This document shows positions 50,537 through 61,388 of a DNA stretch of 64,000 nucleotides, piece by piece; within the stretch, counting starts at the first letter, position 1, and every line of letters starts with the position of its first letter. The notes under the pieces are model-generated. The model saw nothing but the letters and a program-made list of their open reading frames with translations, did not search any database and was not told the DNA's origin. Source of the stretch: Lytechinus pictus (Eukaryota); NCBI RefSeq assembly GCF_037042905.1, contig NC_087249.1, positions 9,984,001 through 10,048,000 on the forward strand. The letters are read 5' to 3'. Both the position numbers and the translations under genes were made by a program.

Positions 50537-51076
50537 GTAAAACTCTCAGGAGGACAGTGACTCCGTTAGGGGATGCTCTTGCGATATCTGCTCTAGTTGT
50601 AATATCTCGGAGGGAAAAGGGCTAATGTTAGGACTGTAGTAGAGTTTCTGGTTCAGAATAATGTAAAGATTAGGATGAGGGTTTATGGAGGTTGATAGTA
50701 GGTTTTAGGTTTGGCCCATAACGAGCAGATTTTTCATTGGAGCAATTGTCGCCGGAGCAAATGTCACTTTTGATATCACTAATCAGTATTAAATGTAAGT
50801 CATTTAAGAAATATTAGAAAAGTCTGTTTCCTACTTTTTGGCATTTTCTTGAATGTAGTTCTGATGTAGAGAATTGTGTCTTATCAGTATTCTTCTGGAA
50901 TTGTGTTCCAGTTTCTTTTTAATTTTTTTTCACCATGAAATGAAAAGGGTTATGCATCTGTATAGAGTGATATTGGGTTTCTCTGGATAAAAGTGGATGT
51001 ACCTTCATAACTGATTGTTTTGTGATGGTTTTAATAATGATCTTTTTGATTTCTTTTGTTGCTATGCTTTTAACAG

Positions 51077-51442
51077 CACAAAGGAAGTCAAACAGAACCA
51101 ATTCAAACCTGGTCACCGGGTCAAGCGGAAATCCATCTCGGCCCATGCCAAGAAAATCATCTCCTCATCCTCCAGTACCGGCAATCCCTCAGTATCTTCC
51201 AATTCCACTACGTACTCTTCCACGTTATCCACGAGTTTCAACGCTTCCCCGATGTCGACGGCCACCAGCCAGTCGTCGTCATCGTCTTCTCGGAACTCCA
51301 ACTCGACTTCGACATCCGCTTCATCCAAAAGTGCAATATCCGCCAGTAGAAGCAGCGGTGCCAAAACCAGTGGTGCTAGTGTCAAGGGAAGCGGGGGCTC
51401 CTCATCTACACAAAAATCAGCAGTACATAATCGGTCCTATAG
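51077..51442 (+). CDS. ELL: ELL coding exon 5 (366 bp; basic segment followed by a Ser/Thr-rich linker)
   Basis: AACAG acceptor, TAG|GTGAGA donor, phase 2/2. Open frame (part of ORF 51015..51446) joins exons 4 and 6 in frame. Confidence 0.88.
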
Positions 51443-53044
51443 GTGAGAATCTTTTTTTTTTCCCTCCCACTCATTAAATTCACCTTCAGTATGGATAGAA
51501 ATCTTTGTTTAATATTGTTTGGTAGTTTTTGAGCGGAATCACAACTGTGGTAGCTGACTAGACGTTCATGCTGAGTTTCACGGAGGCTTATGCGGATATA
51601 GTGCAGCAGGAGCCTGGTGGGTGGTTCAAAAAGCTGTTTGCCACATTCTGGCGCATGATGTTTTGCGCTTTGATACTGTGGAAAGTCTTGAAGATCCAAA
51701 TATTTGTTTTTAAGGCACTACCTAAATGCCCTACATGGATTATAACTTATATGCAATGGCCCCTTTTAGATAATGTATGTATGGTATAGAAGGTAGGTAC
51801 CATTGATCTTCAACTGAAACATCTGTCATCATGTCGTTGTGATTGATATTGTACTTGGCAGTTCACTGGCTTTTGGGGGCAGTTGATAACGAACAATATG
51901 ATAATTCACCTAATTCATATTCACCCAAATTAACGTGATATACCAAGGGATTGTACAGTCAATAGATTTTTATGTATGCATGTGTTTAGACATGTCAAGC
52001 TTTCTCATTACAGGGGAAGTATGGTCTAGATATTCATGACATTTTTACGTTATTATTTTTGTAAACAAGCATATAATCTAGCCAGGAAAGATAAATGAGC
52101 TTGCATTGGTTGCCAAATGGGGGAAGTACTAAAATAAATATTGGGAAATATGTTTCTGCCATCTTGAAGTCATGCCAGAAATGAGGGAAGGTGTGTGTAT
52201 GAATACATTCTCTGTAATGCAATGTGATTTTAGTAAATGAGCATGTTCAGATGGGCAACTTGGAGATTTACTTTATTCCGCACTTAAAATCGACCTGGAA
52301 AGTGAGCGTTTGCAAAATTAAAACAGTCTGCTTGAATACAGGCGTGTGTATAGCTTCCTCTTTAATGCAACTGTGATTAGTAAAAGCCAGCGAGTTTCAA
52401 AAGCACTTGATCGAAAGAAGAGTGAACTTGCCTGAAAATTTGATGGTACGTGTATCTGAGAAAATCTCATAGAAACATGCTAGTTGATTTGGCTCAATGT
52501 ACATGTACTCTGTTTCAAAACTGAAAGAAATGATTAGCTAATGAACTGATTAGAAATGATAACACATTGGTGCATGTGGTATTAAAAAAGCAGGTACATG
52601 TTGCAATAATCTCCAGCAAATGGTACATACAAGTATGGACATGTACCTGTGTAATTTGTGCACTTTGTACTGTTTTAATCATGGCCCGTTTAATCATATT
52701 CAGCTTATCTATAGATACCAGCATTATTGTCTGGAAGTAATCCCTGTTTTGCTTTTGAATTTCGGCAGTAAAATCAAACTGAATCGAACTGATTTTGATG
52801 TCACTCAATGGTGTCATTCCCATGGATGCTGTATGTTAGGTCAAACTTTCAACTTTTCCAATTTCAAATTGTTCAATTTGACTTGCAAGATTTGCTAATT
52901 TTTGGACCTAAAATTTACTTGCGATTTAATTGCTCCCCGAGTCCCACGTGTATACTTGATACCACAGGGTTTTTCAATATTTCAAACAACACCACCTGTG
53001 TTGTAATACTGTAATGTAATAACCCTGTATTATATTCTTTCCAG

Positions 53045-53165
53045 GGAGCGAGTGATCCATTTATTAGCCCTAAGAGCATACAAGAAGCCCGAGCTGCTCT
53101 TGAGACTCCAAAAAGATGGCATTCCCTCAAAAGAAAAGAACCAACTAGCCACAGTCCTCCCACAG
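53045..53165 (+). CDS. ELL: ELL coding exon 6 (121 bp, ERVIHLLALRAYKKPELLLRLQKDGIPSKEKNQLATVLPQ); gene continues beyond the window
   Basis: TTCCAG acceptor, CAG|GTAAGC donor. RVIHLLAL.AYKKPELL.RLQKDG is the most conserved ELL/ELL2 motif. No stop codon reached and no further exon recognised before 64000. Confidence 0.95.
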
Positions 53166-56100
53166 GTAAGCACATCAAAGGCTACGTCCAATCGTTACTT
53201 CTTGTCTCGCCTTCGTACCAGGAGCGTTTCAAGAAAGGACTTGTTAGACGTTTTAACTGACAAGTCCAATTTTATCTGACAGTTGCTACTCCGCCAATCA
53301 AAATCGAGTTAAGTTGTCAGATCTGACAACTTGTTGGACATAAATGTTGATGAAACGCTCCCCAGAGCAAGACTTGGTCACTGCCTCTCCAGCGGTGGCA
53401 GTGGCGGCGTCAACTTTGAAATCTAACCAAGGTTATGTTTTTTTTTAATGTTATAACTTGAAAAGGCTGATCTATTCATGAATTTCATGAAAAGGGGCAT
53501 CCAGAAAATTGCCCCTTATGTGGCTTTGAACTATTTAGTGGGAAAGAGAAAATTGTGTAATGCAGGTGGGACTGCCATAGGCATTCCCCAAGTTCCCCCG
53601 AGAAACAAGCTTTTCAAAGATGTTTGGTTCCTCCATGGTTTTGTTCAGGCAATTTTTGTCTGTCTTAAAAATTGATGCTTTCAAAACACGAACCTGTAGT
53701 GTAAAGCAATTTGTTTAGTTTAGATTTGAAAGGCATTGTGCAATACCAATGATGTTTGAGTCAGTTTAACACAGCCGAATTCATGATTCTATGTACTGTG
53801 TACTATTGGTCTTCTTCTGTTGGAAACACATGTTGTGTGCATTAAAGCATTGACCTTTACTTCCTTGGTAAGACTCACTGATCTGTGATGTGTTGTGGGT
53901 GGTCTTGAAAAGTTGGGGATACGCTGCAATTTATGGTAATGTCCTGAAATGAATGTTGGTATGTGTTTGTGTTGTGATTTGTGCTTTTTTTTATGTGTAA
54001 TTCTTAGCCTTGGAAATTTGACTGAACATACAGTGATGACACAAATCAGCTCTTTACAATTATCCTAGCTGGTACATGTAGGCCTATATATCCTTTGTGG
54101 TGTAGTCCAGAGTAAAATAAAAGACCAAACCCATCTCCCAGTTTTCAGTGAGACCTTTGAGTTGGAGAGCTTTCACATTCTAACATAAGGTCTATGTTTA
54201 CTTTTAGTAGCATGCCATGATTTATGGTTCAGATATGATATGAAAATACACTAGGACTGAGACATTAGTACACATTACTGTTTTTCTATGACCAATGACT
54301 GCCCAAGGTTTTCAGCAAAGACTGTTGAGTTGCTAAAATTAAGAACAACGTAAGAAATTTGGTGTCGCCAAAGATTTAGAACATGAACTTTTTCAAGTCC
54401 CATATTTCCTTATCTAGGTCTATATATCAAAACTTTCACACGATACTGTATTTCAAAACCTTTTCAACCAAGTAGAGCTACATGTATGGAAATAATAGTA
54501 CCGCACAGGATTTCTCAATTTCCTCGCTTGGAAGGTTTTAAGTGTTGTCCAAGCAATGACCTGTGATAGTCGTCTGCAATTATTATTGCAATGCTAATCG
54601 CTGGAACAGGAAGGACTAATGTATAAATGTAGTACTGCTACTTGTGACGTTTACCAAGGAGAGGAAATCCTCGGGGAATCACTGATGATTCAGACAAGGA
54701 TACCAAGAGACACAGATACTGAGGATTTCTCGCAGGAAACTTCTCCCTACAAACTTGAGATCATGATTATAATCCCAATGTTTGTGTAGATGATTCAGTT
54801 CAATTATCGTTTCCTTATGATTTTATGATTACAGAACTGGTTAAAAATTACCAAAGACAATCATGTAATATGCATACTTGGAGAATGCCGCCTGTAAATG
54901 CTTAATATCTAGCAGAACTGGGATACAATAGTTAAATCATTGCATCATGTAACATAATTTGTATCATTTGTGAAAAAGTGCATTAGTCTCTAAGAAGGTA
55001 CATGTAGAGTTGGAGGTTGGTTTTTACTTGTAGGTTTCATTTAGTTTCAGTATGTCCCTTTGGAAAAAGAAAGTTTATAAAAGGAAATTGAAAAGGGCCA
55101 TTAGTAGCCTATGATCCTTACAGACAGGTGGTTGCCATAGGAGGTGTGATTGACAAACAAAAGTTGAAGAGATTTTGGGTAAACAGAAAATTAGGCATTC
55201 GCAGAAAAACCCTACCATCACAAGCCTTGTGTACATGCATAAGGATAGGTAATTAGGCACGGACCCTGGATCATTTGTTCCTATCAGATCCACCAAACCA
55301 TAAAATATACCCGGTATTTGAACAGTTTGAAAGCATGGTTCTTGTCATATCTTCCATAGAACGATGCACTCGCTGATTGACTGCTACCTGAGAGGTAGCG
55401 GATTCAATCCGAGGACTGCACTTGGTTAAACCTAAGAAATCCAAATTAGGTTCCTATAAAAGGCCCAGTGAATGGCTCGTTCACCCGGGTTTGAGTGATT
55501 AGCCTTTTGTTACTCGTCGTTCTGTTTTTAACATACACCTCATTTTAGACACGGGGCCTTGTCTTATTAAAGGCTACATGTATGTGAGGCAGGAAGAACG
55601 TCCATTCTTGGTATTCCGGCAAGTGTATTGTTGCTAGCTCATAAGCACAAGAACTTAATCTGCTTTTGCACAGGAGTGAATGCATGTTACACAAGACCCA
55701 TGACATGTACATTTGCCAGTGTTTGGAGACTTGGAAGCATATCATGAAACAGATAGTCAGCGATTTTGACTGACAACTGTTAAAAGCTACTGTACTGGAA
55801 TCCTTGTATCTTGATTGGCTGGGAGCAAAGAAGTTGTCATTGCAAATCACTGATAAAGCTCCTTGTGAAATGCTCCCATGAGTTAGTTCTAGTGATTTCC
55901 TGTTTTGTTTTTTGTTAACATTTTTATCAGCCAGGTCTGAGAGAACTTTTATAGGTAGTTTTTCTATAAAGTCTTTCATTTTAATGGTGTTCAGACAGGT
56001 GTCTCACTGTTTGCTCAAAACCAGGAAAGCATCAATTACTTATTGCAGTTAGATGATAGCACCTGGTAATTTGAAGAGCGTATGCTGTTGGTTGAAAGTT

Positions 56101-57926
56101 TATGAATGTTAAGCAGTGTTGTAGCTACACTGGTAGGCACTGAGTGGGCCAGCCCAGTGCTCTGAATTTGAGCCTGGCACTCTTCGTAAAAAAAAAAAAA
56201 AAAACTCAGTCAGGTTATTTTATTACAAAATTCACCCCTCAATTGATAATTTTAGCTTCCAAAAGTCCTAAAATCCTGGACCCCTATCTATGGCGGGGCG
56301 AGCGCTTTACTCGTTTTACTTCGCTCGTCATGCTTTGACGTTTACACTTTGCTAGCACTAAAAATGGTTTGGCTACAGTACTGATATTCTGTAGGTGGTA
56401 TACATGTACATGGATTTCTTAAAAATGGTAATGTATCATTTGATGGACAAGGCTTTATATAGACTTCTTTTTATAGTTTATACAACCTTGTTATTGTGGG
56501 TGTGTGATTCAAAGTTTGACAGACATGCAAGACTGATTTGAATAACGTCTGGGACTCTGGAACCAAGCTTTCAAGTCAAAGAAGTTAATGAAGGTCAATT
56601 TATAGGCAGAGCTAAAAAGAATTACAAGTGCCTGCATTCATTCAGACTTTTCTTTTGTAAAGTTCTAGCCTACCTGGAAAGTGGCAGACTTGTTTAATGG
56701 CATCCCCGTCTTTACCTGTGCATGAAAAAACTATTTATTTGCTTTTGTTTTGTCTATTATGTGAGGAATGTTATTATTCCTGAAGAAAATTAAAATGTAA
56801 ACATTTCAATGGTAGGGATGATGATGCAAGGGGGGGGGGGTGTTCTCTTAACTTGATACATGTACTACGCTTTATCAAGACTGATCTATTTGTGTGCAAT
56901 ATGGATATTGTCTACCTGAAATTACCATTTTCTCAAGGGAAAGCCCCCCCCCCCCAAGAAAATAAACATTTTCTTACAAAACGTAAGATAAAAATTCCAA
57001 CTACATGTAGCTACAGTAGAGTATTATGTGTAAATCATCTGATAAATCGCAAGATTCCAGATTGTTTACTACGAAATAAAAACAAAGCTCTTTATTGATC
57101 TAAAAGATAATTTGAATCGAGATTTAATGTGAAAATGGTACTTGACAGTACGTCAAGTACATTTGGAGTAGGTTGAAAAAAGTACACCCCTGTCCTTTGA
57201 GAATCTTATCAAAAATCACAATGAGAGCAAAGATCGTTGTGCAAAACTACCTGCATGTATACCGCTTTCGAGGCTCTGTTTTCGTAAGGAAACGCTGGCC
57301 TTATCTCTCAACTTGTGTAAAGGTCATTTGATAAATGGTCTGAAATGTTTTTAAATACAGAGGTAAACCTGCCAGTGTGTACAGTACCCTTTATACAGTA
57401 CAGCTGTTGTCATTTTATACAATGTATGTTGACAGTTTCAGCCCTCTTTTTTAGAAATATTTTAGATTGCTGATAGAAGTTTAATAATACAGGAAAGTTT
57501 TTGTTAATGGAGAGTAATGATATTTAGAACTGCTGGTAAATTTACATTGAACCCATGATAGTGCTTCATGGCAAAATAACAAACATAAATGCATGTTATT
57601 GTACCAAAACATGTTTACTCTGGTTACATGCATAGATCTAGGTTTGTAGGCCTATCTTGCTTTGTTGATTTCTTTGAACTGAGTTGGGACTGAGAATCGG
57701 GGGGGGGGGGGGGGAAATTACACGGGCTGGGGGGCGATATGGCCCCTGACGTGCTCAAAAGAGCCCTTAAAAAAAAAGAGCCCTGTAAAATCCCTGTTCA
57801 TTATAAAGCCTATCCAATGTTGCAAATTTTGATAGTAAGTTGTAAAAAGTAGCCCCAAAAATAAAATGTTATCTTTCTGCCTGCTGAGGATCCATAGGCC
57901 TATTTCTCTGAAATAGAACTTATATA

Positions 57927-58229
57927 GGCCTGTATTCTGCACTCAGGTTTAAATTAAACCCTGGTTTAAAGTTGTGAATTAACTATGGAGAACCATTTGG
58001 GGCACATATTCCTATAACAGTACACATCCAATTTATTAACTCATTTGATACCCAAATTATTCATATTTGTCTGGGAATGATAGCAATTTTTTTCTTCCTT
58101 CTGAAAGCAAAAGTAAGCAAAATAGTAAACATAGGAAATACACAATATGAACAGAATTTTTGGCTCCCCATAATTTTAGCACAGAGTTAGACCGCGGTCT
58201 AATTTAAATCTGACTTCAGAATACGGGCC
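57927..58229. mobile_element. Harbinger-like MITE
   Basis: ata|GGCCTGTATTCTG...CAGAATACGGGCC|ata with extended imperfect TIRs. Confidence 0.78.
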
Positions 58230-58820
58230 ATAAAGGCCAATAGGCTATACAATGTGCAATTAAGTAGTAGGAACCAGAAGGAATTAACTGTAATGTATCT
58301 CAAAACGCACACGTACATAGATATAAACATAGCATATACATGTAGTTTATTGCTGTTCTGCCTTGCAACGAATGAATTCTCTCTGACACAAATGTACTCT
58401 CTAGGTCACTAAGTGCGTCCGCCGAGGACGATCTCTGTACACACAATTGTTATTAGACATCAAGGTCCAAGGAATAGTCTTTGACTTTACACAACCCGCT
58501 TCCGTTTTCTCACCCGTTCATCCCTCCCTAGGCGTTCATGGATCTGTTAATATTAATTGGGGGATTATAGCGCAATGAGTAACTTCCACTGCACGTAGAT
58601 TATGATCAGAGACGAGCTGTCACTTTTATGGCTGGTGTGAACTTTCCCTTTGTAATAGTAATCTCTCGCCTTGCATATGCGATCTGTATCTTGTTGTAAT
58701 GAGAGCGTGAAGCGAGGGTGTCTTTAGTCTAGATCTAGACGTTAGTTTTGTTCAGAAAAATCCTAGTCACTCAAATGTTGCGAATAGTGGAGGACTGGTA
58801 GTGTATACTGGCATATACTA

Positions 58821-59042
58821 CAGAGTGAGTCAGAAAAAAATATCCCATCAGTTTGAAGTTGTTTTGTCCGAAGTATGAACATTTAATCATTCATTGATTA
58901 ATAATATGTCCTGATAGCGTTAATCTCCCGGCACATTTTCATGTGGATCTTTGCATGCACGAATGACTGCGAGTATGAGACAACCTCCATTGTCTCAGAC
59001 AAGATAACTTCAATCTGATGGGACATTTTCTGACTCACTCTG
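58821..59042. mobile_element. Tc1/mariner-like MITE, 222 bp
   Basis: ta|CAGAGTGAGTCAGAAAA...TTTTCTGACTCACTCTG|ta. Confidence 0.88.
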
Positions 59043-61344
59043 TATATACATTGAGTGCAGGGTTTTCCACACAAATAACTACTAACGTACCTAGATCTAG
59101 ACTAGGGTCTCCTTTGCAGAAGAAATCTAGTCTGCTGTGCAAACCCTTCACTCGAGTTTAGGGTCTGAATGTGCAGCCTGCTCATGCCTTGTGTACTGGA
59201 AGCCCTCTTGCAAGTTTTGTGCTAGTCTTTGTGTGGAGACACACGTTGCTCAAAGTTTCAATCAGGGTCTGTGCCTGCAGACTAGAAGAAGTCTCAGACA
59301 GGGCCATGTAAAAGTTTCCAGTACAAAGAAGGTCTTCCCAAGATTGTAGTATTTGGAAACTTGGAAAAAAGCCAGTCTAAGGTGTCCGGAAAAAAATGTG
59401 GCTAAACAGCCTCAATCAACTGCCAATTTACATGTATTAGAGAAGTACATGTACAATGTAGCCTAGGTCTACAATTAGTTGTATCTAGGGCTTCTACTGT
59501 CTTTATAAAGTTTATGCACTATCCTTCGCTAAGGCACAATAACTATAATAATTCCACTCAGTTATCTTTTCTTCATTTTCTTCTCTTTTTTTCTTGACGA
59601 CCTTTATTATGTCGAAATAACTGTACTGACATACCATATTAGTATATTCCAGTAGCCAGGGGGGAGGGGGGGGTCTGAACATTTTTATGAATTGATAATT
59701 ACCTTCCCAATACTCAAGTTCAGCAACTGGGATTATGCATGATATACATTAGAATTCAACATAAAAATTGACAACATTATATAAATATAGCAAGAAAGAA
59801 TTTTAGATACATGTTCAATAGTAAGCAAACAATGCCTAAATTGACTTTTCAATCTTTGTTTTACAATATTTCCAAAAAATACTTTTGTTTTTTATTTTTG
59901 TTCAATGTACAGTGACGATGTAAATGAGAACATACAAATAAAAAAATGAATAAAAAATGGGATTATGAGTATGATTCATTTATTTTTGAAACACACGAAT
60001 CCTGTTTCCTGTTTTTTTGTGTCCTTTATCCTGATTGCAATTTAATTCATTTGAAATATTAAAAAAAAAAAAAAAAAAATTACACAACTAAAATTAATGT
60101 AACTGAGTGGATGGGTTTTTCTTTTTCACCCATTGCCTCATAAATTGTTCTGCTTACATGATTGCAAATATAAGCTGGAATGGAAGGGGAAGTCCCTCGG
60201 CTAAATCTATTCAAATCAAAGCAGGAAAAAAATGAGAAGAATTTTGAAGTTGTCATGAATCAAATGTTACTTCTTGAAATCAATTTGTTGTAGTTTACTG
60301 ATGGAGCAAAATTATAATACACGTACAGTACTTGCTTGAATAGTTTAGTAATTATTTCTTAATCATTGATTAACTTGCTTGAATATTTTAGTAATTATTT
60401 CTTTATCATTGGTTTATCTTTTTTTTCTTGATAATCTTAAAGTATAAAAAAAACTTGTTTAAACTCCGTCTTCAATTTCCCCAATAATTTTCCTAATAAA
60501 GGTTTGATAGTTATATATATTCTACTTTTTTCCCGGCTGGAGGGGGGGAATTTTTCTTTTAAGTAATGAAATTACTTGTAACTTAGCATGTGTATGTGTG
60601 TGTGTGTGTGTGTGCGCGATGTTAGATGTCACAGGGAATATTTGCATTATTGCGTGGTTGTATAATGTGAGATATACGAAAAACTTCTATATTAAGGTTT
60701 GTAAGATTCAAAATGTGACATCACATTTAATAGATGTGGTTATCACTGTTCTTTCACTTTCAGCGCAACCTTCTATACATTAAAGGCCTATTTGTACAGT
60801 ATATACACGTACATGTATGTACATTGTAAGCCTGTAGGCTACATGTCATGTACAGGTACATGTAGTTTTTGGCATGATTGCAAATAACCCTTGTCCTTTT
60901 GTGATTGTCTAGAAACTCCAACATGTAATTCCATTTTCTTATGCAGTTGACAATGTATGTCTGCAATTGATCAATCGTTAAAAATGCATTTGCAGAGAGA
61001 AAGAGGCAAAGTTTCTACGCATTGTGCCTTTTTATTTCTCTGTTGCAGTCCCAGCTGCTAGGCTTATTGATAAAGATCCAAAAAGGCTTTGAAGGGCAGA
61101 AAGAATGGCATTGAGGACACATTTTGGCATCGGATTTTGCAATTGATAGGGATGTACATTAAATCCCCGAATGAGTCACTCTCTTGTTAATTTGTTGATT
61201 TTCCCATTTATCTCAGCTGTACATCTAGAGCTTGCTATTAATGTATTGGGTGATGACATGTATGTAGCTTGAAAGGGTGACCGATATGTACTCAAAACTT
61301 TCAATATTTTAGGGGAAAAGATGCATGTGTACGCTAAAGGTAGA

Positions 61345-61388
61345 AGTAGTAGTAGTACATGTAGTAGTAGTAGTAGTAGTAGTAGTAG
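61345..61388 (+). repeat. (AGT)n microsatellite interrupted by TACATGTA
   Basis: agtagtagtag-TACATGTA-gtagtagtag... Confidence 0.9.

Noticed and set aside
51113..51385. Acidic antisense ORF and the overlapping Pro/Arg-rich frame 51022-51477
   Set aside because: Shadow frames of Ser-rich ELL exon 5; only one frame fits the splice phases.
54665..54730. C/D box snoRNA candidate (TGATGA...CTGA with flanking stem)
   Set aside because: The boxes are only ~40 nt apart and box C is not adjacent to the stem.
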